A stretch of DNA of 43,514 bases from an uncultured Actinomycetes bacterium (GTDB lineage Bacteria; Actinomycetota; Actinomycetes; S36-B12), in assembly GCA_937902285.1 (NCBI GenBank), contig CALGTB010000077.1:1-43514 (forward strand), written 5' to 3'. The notes under the pieces are model-generated. The model was not told the origin of the DNA and ran no database searches. It saw nothing but the letters and a program-made list of their open reading frames with translations. Of this stretch, positions 20,295 through 29,734 are shown piece after piece (the first letter of the stretch is position 1; each line of letters starts with the position of its first letter). Position numbers and translations under genes: made by a program.

Positions 20295-20878
20295 GACTCG
20301 TCCTTGCTCTCGTCGGCGTCCGTGGCCTCAGCCTCGTCGACCACGACCTCATCGGCCACGGCCTCGTCCGACGCGACCTCGTCCACGACGACCTCGTCGA
20401 CGACAGCCTCATCGGCCACGACCTCGTCGACGACGACCTCGGTCACGGCAGGAGCGGCGGCGGCCTTCTCCTTCGCGGCACGCTTGGTCGCCCCGGTGGC
20501 CTCGGCCACGACCTGCTCGAGCATCGGCTCGACCAGCTCGATGACCGCCATGGGGGCGTTGTCGCCCTTGCGGGGGCCGATCTTCGTGATGCGCGTGTAG
20601 CCACCCTGCCGGCCGGCATAGTTCGGGCCGATCTCGGTGAACAGCGTGTGCACGACCGACTTGTCGCGCACGACCGTCAGCACCCGGCGACGGGCGTGCA
20701 GGTCACCGCGCTTGGCGAACGTGATGAGGCGCTCCGCCAGCGGCCGCAGGCGCTTGGCCTTGGCCTCGGTCGTGGTGATGCGCCCGTGCTCGAACAGCGC
20801 GGTGGCCAGGTTGGCCAGCATGAGCCGCTCGTGGGCCGGACCACCGCCGAGGCGGGGACCCTTAGTTGGCGTAGGCAT
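20291..20878 (-). CDS. rplQ: 50S ribosomal protein L17 with an acidic repeat tail
   Basis: [25 protein letters not shown]...; the C-terminal roughly 80 aa are low complexity. Confidence 0.95.
   Translation of the reverse strand: MPTPTKGPRLGGGPAHERLMLANLATALFEHGRITTTEAKAKRLRPLAERLITFAKRGDLHARRRVLTVVRDKSVVHTLFTEIGPNYAGRQGGYTRITKIGPRKGDNAPMAVIELVEPMLEQVVAEATGATKRAAKEKAAAAPAVTEVVVDEVVADEAVVDEVVVDEVASDEAVADEVVVDEAEATDADESKDES
20333..20437 (-). repeat. Seven in-frame tandem 15-nt repeats encoding (V/A)(V/A)xDE pentapeptides in the rplQ tail
   Basis: Plus-strand units: ctcgtcgaccacgac / ctcatcggccacggc / ctcgtccgacgcgac / ctcgtccacgacgac / ctcgtcgacgacagc / ctcatcggccacgac / ctcgtcgacgacgac. Confidence 0.8.
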
Positions 20879-20928
20879 TCTTTCTCCTCATTGCGTGGAA
20901 GCGTGCTTCTCCGTGCCTGGAACCGGGT

Positions 20929-21945
20929 CTAGAGCTGCTCGTCCTCAGCGAAGGCGAGATCGTCGTCCTCGTCGCTGAAGTAGACGGCGGCACCGGGGTC
21001 GAATCCGGGCGGGCTGTCCTTGAGCGCGAGGCCGAGGCTGGCCAGCTTGACCTTCACCTCGTCGATCGACTTCGCGCCGAAGTTGCGGATGTCGAGCAGG
21101 TCGGCCTCGCTGCGCGTGATGAGCTCGCCCACAGTGTGGATGCCCTCGCGCTTGAGGCAGTTGTACGACCGGACGGTCATGTCGAGCTGCTCGATCGGGG
21201 TCGACAGCTGCTCGGCCACGAACGCATCCGTGGGCGACGGGCCGATGTCGATGCCCTCGGCGTCGACGTTCAGCTCGCGGGCGAGCCCGAACAGCTCGAC
21301 GAGGGTCTTGCCGGCGGATGCCACGGCGTCGCGCGGGCGCATCGAGGTCTTGGTCTCGACGTCGAGGACCAGCTTGTCGAAGTCGGTGCGCTGCTCGACG
21401 CGCGTGGCCTCGACCTTGTACGTGACCTTGAGGACCGGGCTGTAGATCGAGTCGACCGGGATGCGGCCGATCTCCTGGCCGGCCTGCTTGTTCAGCACGG
21501 CCGAGACGTAGCCGCGGCCGCGCTCGACGACGAGCTCGATCTCGAGCTTGCCCTTGGCGTTCAGCGTGGCGATGTGGAGGTCGGGGTTGTGCACCTCGAC
21601 GCCGGCCGGCGGCTGGATGTCGGCCGCCGTGACGGTGCCGGGACCCTGCTTGCGCAGGTACATGACCACCGGCTCATCGTGCTCGCTGGAGATGACCAGC
21701 TGCTTGATGTTGAGGATCAGCTCGGTGACGTCCTCCTTGACACCGGGAACCGTCGTGAACTCGTGCAGGACGCCATCGACGCGGATGCTCGTGACGGCCG
21801 CGCCGGGGATCGACGACAGCAGGGTGCGGCGGAGGGAGTTGCCGAGGGTGTACCCGAAACCGGGCTCGAGGGGCTCGAGGACGAAGCGCGAGCGGAACTC
21901 GCTGATCGGCTCCTCGGTGAGCACGGGGCGCTGGCTGATAAGCAC
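20929..21945 (-). CDS. rpoA: DNA-directed RNA polymerase subunit alpha
   Basis: 338-aa [15 protein letters not shown]...[14 protein letters not shown]; GTG start with AAAGGAAG upstream. Confidence 0.97.
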   Translation of the reverse strand: MLISQRPVLTEEPISEFRSRFVLEPLEPGFGYTLGNSLRRTLLSSIPGAAVTSIRVDGVLHEFTTVPGVKEDVTELILNIKQLVISSEHDEPVVMYLRKQGPGTVTAADIQPPAGVEVHNPDLHIATLNAKGKLEIELVVERGRGYVSAVLNKQAGQEIGRIPVDSIYSPVLKVTYKVEATRVEQRTDFDKLVLDVETKTSMRPRDAVASAGKTLVELFGLARELNVDAEGIDIGPSPTDAFVAEQLSTPIEQLDMTVRSYNCLKREGIHTVGELITRSEADLLDIRNFGAKSIDEVKVKLASLGLALKDSPPGFDPGAAVYFSDEDDDLAFAEDEQL

Positions 21946-22008
21946 TGATGACTTCCTTTTCCCGCGACGACCGCTATTTGACGTCGCGCATCTGCCGAAC
22001 TGAGTGGA

Positions 22009-22635
22009 TTACTTGGAGTAGAGCTCGACGATCAGCTGCTCGTTGACCTGGGTGTCGATGTTGCCGCGGACCGGCAGCGAGTGGACGAGGATCCGCATCT
22101 GCGACGGGATGACCTCGAGCCACGCCGGCACCGGACGGTCGCCGATCTCGGCGTGCGCGACGATGAACGGCGTCATCTCACGCGAACCGCCGCGGACCTC
22201 GATGATGTCGTTGGGCGACACCCGGTACGAGGGGATGTTGACCTTGTGCCCGTTGACGACGAAGTGGCCATGGGTGACCAGCTGCCGCGCCATGTCGCGC
22301 GACTTCGCGAAGCCAGCGCGGAACACCACGTTGTCGAGACGGGTCTCGAGGATCTGCAGCAGGTTCTCGCCGGTCTTGCCGGACTGCCGCTGCGCCTCCT
22401 TGTAGTAGTTGGAGAACTGCTTCTCCAGCACCCCGTACATGCGGGTGGCCTTCTGCTTCTCACGGAGCTGCAGCAGGTACTCGCTGTCCTTCGACCGGCC
22501 ACGGCCGTGCTGGCCGGGCGGGTAGGGCCGCTTCTCGAAGGGACACTTCGGCGACTCGCACTTGGCACCCTTGAGGAAGAGCTTCATCTTCTCGCGGCGG
22601 CACCGCTTGCAGTCGGCGTCTGTATAACGCGCCAT
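22009..22635 (-). CDS. rpsD: 30S ribosomal protein S4
   Basis: MARYTDADCKRCRREKMKLFLKGAKC... Confidence 0.96.
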   Translation of the reverse strand: MARYTDADCKRCRREKMKLFLKGAKCESPKCPFEKRPYPPGQHGRGRSKDSEYLLQLREKQKATRMYGVLEKQFSNYYKEAQRQSGKTGENLLQILETRLDNVVFRAGFAKSRDMARQLVTHGHFVVNGHKVNIPSYRVSPNDIIEVRGGSREMTPFIVAHAEIGDRPVPAWLEVIPSQMRILVHSLPVRGNIDTQVNEQLIVELYSK

Positions 22636-22666
22636 GTCTGGTTATCTCCTAATTCAGTGCGCGCGG

Positions 22667-23074
22667 TCAGACGCGACGACGCTTGGACGGACGGGTTCCG
22701 TTGAAGGGCACCGGGGTGACGTCGGAGATGGAGCCGACCTCGAGGCCCGTGGCCTGCAGCGAACGGATGGCGGTCTCACGGCCGGAGCCGGGTCCCTTGA
22801 CGAACACGTCGACCTTGCGCATGCCGTGCTCCATGGCGCGCCGTGCGGCAGCCTCGGCCGCCAGCTGGGCTGCGAACGGCGTGGACTTGCGGCTTCCCTT
22901 GAAGCCGACCTGTCCGGCGCTGGCCCAGGAGATCACGGCTCCCGTGGGATCGGTGATCGAGACGATCGTGTTGTTGAACGTGCTCTTGATGTGCGCGTGG
23001 CCGTGGGCCACGTTCTTCTTCTCCTTGCGGCGGACCTTCTTCGCCGCCGGAGCCTTGCCGGTCTTGGGGGCCAT
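22667..23074 (-). CDS. rpsK: 30S ribosomal protein S11
   Basis: ...[27 protein letters not shown]... Confidence 0.96.
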   Translation of the reverse strand: MAPKTGKAPAAKKVRRKEKKNVAHGHAHIKSTFNNTIVSITDPTGAVISWASAGQVGFKGSRKSTPFAAQLAAEAAARRAMEHGMRKVDVFVKGPGSGRETAIRSLQATGLEVGSISDVTPVPFNGTRPSKRRRV

Positions 23075-23103
23075 TGATCAGTTCTCCAGAGTCTCGTGAG
23101 GGG

Positions 23104-23481
23104 TTACTTCGTAGCCTTCTTCTTGCCAGCGACGGTCTTGCGGGGACCCTTGCGCGTGCGCGCATTGGTGTGGGTGCGCTGACCGCGGACGGGAAGGCCC
23201 TTGCGGTGACGAAGACCCTGGTAGCAGCCGATCTCGACCTTGCGTCGGATGTCTGCGGTGACCTCGCGGCGGAGGTCGCCCTCGACCTTGAGGTTGGTGT
23301 CGATCCAGTCGCGAAGCGCGATGACCTGGTCGTCGGTGAGGTCCTTGGACCTCAGGTCCGGGCTGATGCCGGTCGCCTCGAGGGCCTTCGCGGCCTGCGA
23401 GCGTCCGACGCCGTAGATGTAGGTGAGTGCCACTGCCATGCGCTTGTCGCGCGGCAGGTCGACACCAACGAGTCGTGCCAT
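23104..23481 (-). CDS. rpsM: 30S ribosomal protein S13
   Basis: [26 protein letters not shown]... Confidence 0.96.
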   Translation of the reverse strand: MARLVGVDLPRDKRMAVALTYIYGVGRSQAAKALEATGISPDLRSKDLTDDQVIALRDWIDTNLKVEGDLRREVTADIRRKVEIGCYQGLRHRKGLPVRGQRTHTNARTRKGPRKTVAGKKKATK

Positions 23482-23666
23482 GAGGCGTTCTCTCTTCTAG
23501 TCATGCACGAGGTCTGAGGTACAGAGCCACTCCTGACCGCCAAGTCAGGTCCCCGGCCTCGTGACCGGGGGTGTCGTCCCGCCGCTGCGCACGCGCGGCT
23601 GCGGGGGTCGGGCCCTGCTGTGTTCGGACTCCGGGTTGTCTCCCCGAAGGCCGCGTCAGGACTGGG

Positions 23667-23780
23667 TCAGCCCTGGCGCTGCTTGTGGCGCACGTTCTCG
23701 CAGATCACCATGACACGGCCGTGGCGACGGATGACCTTGCACTTGTCGCAGATCTTCTTGACGCTCGGCTGGACCTTCAT
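23667..23780 (-). CDS. rpmJ: 50S ribosomal protein L36 (zinc-ribbon form)
   Basis: Not in the ORF track because it is too short. My codon-by-codon translation gives [37 protein letters not shown]-stop. Confidence 0.93.
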   Translation of the reverse strand: MKVQPSVKKICDKCKVIRRHGRVMVICENVRHKQRQG

Positions 23781-23830
23781 GATGGCTCTTTCGTTCGGTA
23801 GGGACGTGGTGCGCGGCTCTCGTGCGACTG

Positions 23831-24052
23831 CTACTTGTAGCGGTAGACGATCCGTCCTCGCGTGAGGTCGTAGGGCGAGAGCTCCACGACCACCCGGTCG
23901 TCCGGAAGGATGCGGATGTAGTGCATCCGCATCTTGCCGCTGATGTGCGCGAGCACCTTGTGCCCGTTGTCCAGCTCCACGCGGAACATCGCGTTGGGAA
24001 GCGACTCAGTGATCGTGCCCTCGAGCTCGATCGCTCCGTCCTTCTTGCCCAT
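23831..24052 (-). CDS. infA: Translation initiation factor IF-1
   Basis: [76 protein letters not shown] 24052 with GAGGG upstream; the track ORF is over-extended to 24190. Confidence 0.96.
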   Translation of the reverse strand: MGKKDGAIELEGTITESLPNAMFRVELDNGHKVLAHISGKMRMHYIRILPDDRVVVELSPYDLTRGRIVYRYK

Positions 24053-24211
24053 ACCCTCAGCTTCCGTCGTGGTGCCGCCTCCCTGAGGAGCCCCTGCGGG
24101 GCAAGCGGCGCCCCACGCGGGTCGCACTGAGACGCCCGGATGAACCGGGTGGGTCGCGGTGGACGTACGGGGAAGCCCCTTGTCGGCCACGCGAGTCTAC
24201 GCCCAGCGGGG

Positions 24212-24250
24212 TCGGAAAGAGAAATCCGGGTCCCCGCAGGCCCCGGGGAC
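24212..24250 (-). terminator. Putative intrinsic terminator downstream of the EEP-family gene
   Basis: Minus-strand hairpin GTCCCCG-N7-CGGGGAC (24230-24250) followed by the U-rich stretch CCGGAUUUCUCUUUCC. Confidence 0.5.
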
Positions 24251-24288
24251 GCCTCCCCCGGCTCCGGCTATCGGACGGCGCGGACGGG

Positions 24289-25347
24289 TCAGGCGAACGA
24301 GATCGTCGCCCGAACCATCTGGTGGTCGGAGGCCTGGTAGTCGGGGTTGTGCGCCCGCCCGTTGAGGTACATCACGTGCTCGTACGACACCATCGTGATC
24401 CCCGGGCCGAAGCCCATGATGTAGTCGATGCGGGTGGCGTAGCCCTTCGGGTTCTTCTTGTTCGGCCGGGCCATGAAGGGAGCGGCCGGGAAGCCGTTGT
24501 TGCCGTTCGCCGGGTTCGAGTTGATCGTCGGGTACTGGACGTTCTTCTTGACCTTGGCCGTGAACGCGTCGATCCACCCCGCGTTGGTGAGCACCTTCTG
24601 GATGCCGTTCGGCTGGCGCACGGCGTAGGAGTTGAGGTCGGCCATGAGGATGACCGGCGTCCCCGTCATGCCCCGCGAGGCGTTCAGCTGGGTGACCCAG
24701 CCGGCCAGGGCGTTGCCGACGGCGATGCGCGCGGCCTCGGCCCCCGCGCCCTTGTCGCTGTCGGTGTGCAGGGAGATGGCCAGGAACGGGCCGGCGCCGT
24801 TGTTGCCCTTGAGGTAGCCCCACTCCACGGAGCGGGTCGCGGAGCCGGGATCCATGGGCCCCGCGATCGACTGCAGCATCACGCGGCCCGCGCTCGACCC
24901 CTGCGGAGTCGCGAACTGGGAGACCGTCGAGCTCTTGTAGGCGAGCATGGCGGTTGTCTCGCACGGCGACGGACCGGCCAGCTGGCCGGCGGCGTCACGC
25001 GGACGCCGGCACTCGTTGTCGGCGTCGGCGATGGTGACCGGCACATAGCCAGCGGGGGCGATCAGCCGGGTGACGTCCTCGGTGTGGGTCTTGACACCCG
25101 CGGTCGGCTGGTTGTTGACCTCCTGCAGCCCCAGCACGTCGGCGCCGGACTCGGCGATGACGCGGGCCGACTTCTCGCGGCGGCTCTCCCACGGGGTGGC
25201 CCCGTTGGTGCACTGCGCAGGGCCCGGCTTGGCGCCGCACACGTTGTACGAGGCGAAGACGAGGGTTCCCGCGGCGGCGGCAGGCGGTGCGGTGAACAGG
25301 GTGAGCCCCACAGCGGCCGTCACACCCAGAGCAAGGAACCTACGCAT
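24289..25347 (-). CDS. Secreted endonuclease/exonuclease/phosphatase (EEP) family protein
   Basis: Signal peptide MRRFLALGVTAAVGLTLFTAPPAAAAG. EEP motifs ASYNV, LGLQEV, MADLNS and SDHQMV. ATG 25347 is preceded by GGAGG; the track ORF starts at GTG 25380. Confidence 0.8.
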   Translation of the reverse strand: MRRFLALGVTAAVGLTLFTAPPAAAAGTLVFASYNVCGAKPGPAQCTNGATPWESRREKSARVIAESGADVLGLQEVNNQPTAGVKTHTEDVTRLIAPAGYVPVTIADADNECRRPRDAAGQLAGPSPCETTAMLAYKSSTVSQFATPQGSSAGRVMLQSIAGPMDPGSATRSVEWGYLKGNNGAGPFLAISLHTDSDKGAGAEAARIAVGNALAGWVTQLNASRGMTGTPVILMADLNSYAVRQPNGIQKVLTNAGWIDAFTAKVKKNVQYPTINSNPANGNNGFPAAPFMARPNKKNPKGYATRIDYIMGFGPGITMVSYEHVMYLNGRAHNPDYQASDHQMVRATISFA

Positions 25348-25424
25348 TGCCAGCCTCCGTAGAAGTCGATTCGTCCGCACAGGCTAACCCACGACTATCC
25401 GCCTGCGGGACCATAGGAGGCGAC

Positions 25425-26207
25425 TCAGAGGCGAATATCGTCCAGCGCTGTGAGGACCCAGGGGCCGTCGTCGGTGACGGCGACCGTGTGCTCCCAGTGG
25501 GCCGCCCACAGGCCGTCCATCGTCACCACGGTCCACTCGTCCTCGAGCACGCCCACGTCAGGGCTGCCCAGCGTGGCCATGGGCTCGATCGCGAGGGCCA
25601 TCCCGGGCCGCAGCACCGGGCCCATCCCCGGCCGGCCGTAGTTGGGCACCGGCGGGTGCATGTGCATGCTCGACCCGATGCCGTGGCCCACGTACTCCTC
25701 GACGATGCCGTAGGGGCCGGCGGCCAGGATCACGCTCTCGACGGCGTGGCCGATGTCGGACAGGTGCGCCCCGACCCGAGCCGCCGCCAGGCCCGCCCAC
25801 ATGGAGGCCTCGGTCGCTGCCGAGAGCGCCGCCACCTCAGGCGACACGACGCCGACCGGGACGCTCACGGCCGCATCCCCATGCCAGCCGTCGACGATCG
25901 CACCGCAGTCGATGGACAGCAGGTCGCCGTCGACCAGGACCGCAGGCCCCGGGATGCCGTGCACCACCTCGCGGTTGAGCGACGTGCAGATCACGGCAGG
26001 GAAGCCGTGGTAGCCGAGGAACGACGGCGTCGCGCCGTGATCGCGGATCGAGTCGGCCGCGATGTCGTTCAGCTCCGCGGTCGTGACCCCGGGGCGCGCA
26101 GCGGCAGCCACGGCCTGCAGGGTGACGGCGACGACCCGCCCGGCCTCGCGCATGACGGCGAGCTGGTCGGGCGACTTGATCTCGATGGAGCTCTTCCGGC
26201 GGAACAT
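25425..26207 (-). CDS. map: Type I methionine aminopeptidase
   Basis: 260-aa ORF with the VVHGIP, DCGA and GHGIG metal-ligand motifs. Confidence 0.95.
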   Translation of the reverse strand: MFRRKSSIEIKSPDQLAVMREAGRVVAVTLQAVAAAARPGVTTAELNDIAADSIRDHGATPSFLGYHGFPAVICTSLNREVVHGIPGPAVLVDGDLLSIDCGAIVDGWHGDAAVSVPVGVVSPEVAALSAATEASMWAGLAAARVGAHLSDIGHAVESVILAAGPYGIVEEYVGHGIGSSMHMHPPVPNYGRPGMGPVLRPGMALAIEPMATLGSPDVGVLEDEWTVVTMDGLWAAHWEHTVAVTDDGPWVLTALDDIRL

Positions 26208-26219
26208 GGCGCGGGAGGG

Positions 26220-26789
26220 CTATCGGTCGATGCCGAGGGCCGCCACGATGCGCGCCGACACCTCGTCGACGTCACCGAGCCCGTCGACCCCGATGAGCAG
26301 GCCCTGGTCGGCGTACATCGCCAGCAGGGGCGCCGTCTGCTCGAGGTAGACCTCGAGACGCCGGCGGATCACATCCTCGGTGTCGTCGCTGCGGCCCTGC
26401 TCTGCGGCGCGCTTCACCAGTCGCGAGACGACCTCGTCGATGTCGACCTCGAGCTCGACGACGCCGTCAAGGGCGTGACCGGACGACCGCAGCATGGCCT
26501 CGAGCTCGCCGACCTGCTCCACCGTGCGCGGATAGCCGTCGAGCAGGAAGCCGGGAGCGCAGTCGTCCTGCGACAGGCGGTCGCGCACCATCGCGTTCGT
26601 GACGCCGTCGGGAACGTACTCACCGGCATCCATGTAGCGCTGGGCCTCGAGGCCCAGTGAGGTGCCCTCCGAGACGTTCGCGCGGAAGATGTCACCGGTC
26701 GAGATGTGCGGGATGCCGAGCAGGCCGGCGATGACCCCCGCCTGCGTGCCCTTCCCCGCCCCCGGAGGGCCCATGAGTACCAGTCGCAT
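26220..26789 (-). CDS. adk: Adenylate kinase
   Basis: MRLVLMGPPGAGKGTQA...; the ATG shares one base with the secY stop (TGATG). Track ORF 26220-27620 is over-extended. Confidence 0.96.
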   Translation of the reverse strand: MRLVLMGPPGAGKGTQAGVIAGLLGIPHISTGDIFRANVSEGTSLGLEAQRYMDAGEYVPDGVTNAMVRDRLSQDDCAPGFLLDGYPRTVEQVGELEAMLRSSGHALDGVVELEVDIDEVVSRLVKRAAEQGRSDDTEDVIRRRLEVYLEQTAPLLAMYADQGLLIGVDGLGDVDEVSARIVAALGIDR

Positions 26790-28087
26790 CAGCGCAGGAA
26801 CCCCTCGTAGTTGCGCTGCTGCAGCTGCGCCTCGATCTGCTTCACGGTGTCGAGCCCGACGCCGACCATGATCAGCAGGCTGGTGCCGCCGAAGACGAAC
26901 TGGCTGGACACACCGAGGAAGCCGAAGGCGAACAGCGGCAGGATCGCGATGAGGCCCAGGTAGAGCGAACCGGGAGCCGTCAGGCGGGTGAGCACGTAGT
27001 CGAGGTACTCGGCCGTCGGCCTGCCCGCCCTGATGCCGGGGATGAAGCCCCCGTACTTCTTCATGTTGTCGGCCACCTCGACGGGATTGAAGGTGATCGA
27101 CACGTAGAAGTAGCAGAAGAACACGATGAGCGCGAAGTACATGAGGCTGTACCAGGTGCCCGTGCCTGTGCCCAGGTTCGTCTGCACCCAAATCGCCCAG
27201 CTCGCCTGGCTGCCGGTGAGCTGAACGAGGAGGGTGGGCAGGAAGAGCAGCGACGACGCGAAGATGACCGGGATGACGCCCGCCATGTTGACCTTGAGCG
27301 GGATGTAGGTCGACGTGCCCCCGTACATCCGCCTGCCCACCATGCGCTTGGCGTACTGCACCGGGATCCGGCGCTGAGCCTGCTCCACGAAGACCACGAA
27401 GGCGATGACCGCGAGGCCGACGAGCAGGGTCAGCGCGAACGTGAACGGGCCGCTGGTGCCCCACACGGACACGAACTGCGCCGGGATGGTCGCGATGATC
27501 GAGGTGAAGATCAGGACGGACATGCCGTTGCCCACACCGCGCTCGGTGATGAGCTCGCCGAACCACATGATGATGGCCGTGCCTGCCGTCATGACGATGA
27601 TCATGACCAGGATGACCCACACCGAGTCGTTGGGGATGATCGCCTCGTTGCAGCCGCTGAAGAGCGCACCGGGGGTGCGTGCCAGCGAGAGGATCGCCGT
27701 GGACTGGAGGACCGCCAGGCCGATCGTCACGAAGCGCGTGTACTGCGTGATCTTGGCCTGGCCGGCCTGACCGTCAGCCTTGAGCGTCTCGAGCCTCGGG
27801 ATCACCACGGTGAGCAGCTGCAGGATGATGCTCGCCGTGATGTACGGCATGATCCCGAGCGCGAACACCGACAACTGCAGCAGCGCGCCGCCGCTGAAGA
27901 GGTTGATCAGCGCGTAGATCGAGTTGTCCTGCACGACGTCGATACACCGCTGGATCGCGGAGTAGTCGACGCCGGGCGTGGGCACGACCGACCCGAGGCG
28001 GTAGAGCGCCAGAAGGCCGAGGGTGAAGAGGATCTTCTTGCGAAGGTCCGGTGTACGCAGGGCAGCCCCGAACGCACTGATGTGCAC
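26789..28087 (-). CDS. secY: Preprotein translocase subunit SecY
   Basis: 432-aa polytopic ORF ...RTPDLRKKILFTLGLLALYRLG...; GTG start with AGGAGG upstream. Confidence 0.96.
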   Translation of the reverse strand: MHISAFGAALRTPDLRKKILFTLGLLALYRLGSVVPTPGVDYSAIQRCIDVVQDNSIYALINLFSGGALLQLSVFALGIMPYITASIILQLLTVVIPRLETLKADGQAGQAKITQYTRFVTIGLAVLQSTAILSLARTPGALFSGCNEAIIPNDSVWVILVMIIVMTAGTAIIMWFGELITERGVGNGMSVLIFTSIIATIPAQFVSVWGTSGPFTFALTLLVGLAVIAFVVFVEQAQRRIPVQYAKRMVGRRMYGGTSTYIPLKVNMAGVIPVIFASSLLFLPTLLVQLTGSQASWAIWVQTNLGTGTGTWYSLMYFALIVFFCYFYVSITFNPVEVADNMKKYGGFIPGIRAGRPTAEYLDYVLTRLTAPGSLYLGLIAILPLFAFGFLGVSSQFVFGGTSLLIMVGVGLDTVKQIEAQLQQRNYEGFLR

Positions 28088-28099
28088 TGTGCCTCCTGC

Positions 28100-28540
28100 T
28101 TAGACTTCGGTAGCGGAACCGCCTGAAGCAACGATCTTGCCACGGGCCGTCTCGGAGAACGCATCCACAGTCACCTTGACGGCGACGGTGATGTCCCCCT
28201 GGCCGAGAACCTTGACCGGATGCCCCTTCCGAACCGCGCCCTTGGCGATGAGGTCGTCGACCGTGACCTCGCCACCCTCGGGGTAGAGCTTGGAGAGCAT
28301 CGCGACGTTGACGACCTGGTACGTGACCTTCGAGGGGTTCTTGAAGCCCTTGAGCTTGGGCAGGCGCATGTGCAGGGGCATCTGACCGCCCTCGAACCGG
28401 GCCGGCACCTGGTAGCGCGCCTTCGTGCCCTTGGTTCCACGGCCAGCCGTCTTGCCCTTGGACGCCTCGCCGCGGCCCTTGCGGGTCTTGGCGGTCTTGG
28501 CGCCCGGTGCCGGGCGCAGGTGATGGACCTTGAGTGCCAT
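28100..28540 (-). CDS. rplO: 50S ribosomal protein L15
   Basis: [24 protein letters not shown]... Confidence 0.95.
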   Translation of the reverse strand: MALKVHHLRPAPGAKTAKTRKGRGEASKGKTAGRGTKGTKARYQVPARFEGGQMPLHMRLPKLKGFKNPSKVTYQVVNVAMLSKLYPEGGEVTVDDLIAKGAVRKGHPVKVLGQGDITVAVKVTVDAFSETARGKIVASGGSATEV

Positions 28541-28542
28541 CG

Positions 28543-28725
28543 TTACTCGACCTCCTCAACAACAACCAGGTGCGTCACGGTGTTCACCATGCCACGGATT
28601 TCGGGGCGGTCCTCCTTGACGACGGTGTCGCCGATCCGCTTGAGGCCGAGGGAGCGGAGAGTGTTGCGCTGTCCGCTCGTCCCGCCGATCTTGGACTTCG
28701 TCTGGGTCACCTTGAGCCGCGCCAT
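28543..28725 (-). CDS. rpmD: 50S ribosomal protein L30
   Basis: [28 protein letters not shown]...; ATG 28725. The track ORF begins one codon earlier at GTG 28728. Confidence 0.93.
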   Translation of the reverse strand: MARLKVTQTKSKIGGTSGQRNTLRSLGLKRIGDTVVKEDRPEIRGMVNTVTHLVVVEEVE

Positions 28726-29318
28726 CACGCACTCGCCCCTGCGGCCCGGGCGCGCAGCAGCGCAGCCGGAGCCACATCCTCGAGCGGGAGCCCCCGGCGG
28801 GCCGCGACGGCCTCCGGCATCTCCAGCATCTTGAGTGCAGCGACCGTGGCGTGCACGACGTTGATGGCGTTGTCCGAGCCCATCGACTTGCTCAGGATGT
28901 CATGGACTCCTGCGCACTCGAGGACGGCGCGGACGGGGCCGCCGGCGATGACGCCGGTACCCGGCGCGGCCGGACGCAGCATGACGACGCCCGCGGCAGC
29001 CTCACCCGTGATGGGGTGCGGAATCGTGCCCTGGATGCGGGGAACGCGGAAGAAGGACTTCTTCGCCTCCTCGACGCCCTTGGCGATCGCCGCGGGCACC
29101 TCCTTGGCCTTGCCGTAGCCGACGCCGACCATCCCGTCGCCGTCTCCGACGACCACCAGGGCGGTGAAGCTGAAGCGACGCCCGCCCTTGACGACCTTGG
29201 AGACGCGGTTGATGGCCACCACGCGCTCAATGAATGCGGACTTCTCCTCGCGGGGAGCGCGGTCCTTGCGCTCCCGGCGATCGCCGCCGCCGCTTCCGCG
29301 GCGGGCAGTTTCAGACAT
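28725..29318 (-). CDS. rpsE: 30S ribosomal protein S5
   Basis: ...[28 protein letters not shown]... Confidence 0.95.
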   Translation of the reverse strand: MSETARRGSGGGDRRERKDRAPREEKSAFIERVVAINRVSKVVKGGRRFSFTALVVVGDGDGMVGVGYGKAKEVPAAIAKGVEEAKKSFFRVPRIQGTIPHPITGEAAAGVVMLRPAAPGTGVIAGGPVRAVLECAGVHDILSKSMGSDNAINVVHATVAALKMLEMPEAVAARRGLPLEDVAPAALLRARAAGASA

Positions 29319-29350
29319 GTCGTACCTCTTCCAGTTCAGATGTCACGCGG

Positions 29351-29734
29351 TTAGAAGGACAGGCCACCCTCGCGGGCGCCATCAGCAAGGGCAGCCACAC
29401 GACCGTGGTAGTTGTTCCCGCCGCGGTCGAAGACCACGGCCTCGATGCCAGCCTTCTTGGCACGCTCGGCGACGAGCTCGCCGACCTTGCGGGCCTTGGC
29501 GGTCTTGTCCGAGGAGGCAGCGCGGAGGTCCGCCTCCATCGTCGACGCCGACGCCAGGGTCACGCCCTGGGAGTCGTCGACGACCTGGGCGAGCATGTGA
29601 CGGGCCGACCGCGTGACCACGAGGCGGGGGCGCAGCGCCGTGCCGGTGACCTTCTTGCGGACGCGAAGGTGGCGACGCGCACGTCCCACCGACGAACGCG
29701 TGCGCGTTCCCAGCTTGGGGGCGAAGGAGCTCAT
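29351..29734 (-). CDS. rplR: 50S ribosomal protein L18
   Basis: ...[20 protein letters not shown]...[26 protein letters not shown]. Confidence 0.95.
   Translation of the reverse strand: MSSFAPKLGTRTRSSVGRARRHLRVRKKVTGTALRPRLVVTRSARHMLAQVVDDSQGVTLASASTMEADLRAASSDKTAKARKVGELVAERAKKAGIEAVVFDRGGNNYHGRVAALADGAREGGLSF

Noticed and set aside
24140-24340. 66-aa plus-strand ORF in the infA upstream spacer, overlapping the EEP gene end
   Set aside because: It has no SD, an Arg/Gly-rich composition, overlaps a terminator hairpin and a real gene, and shows no motif support.
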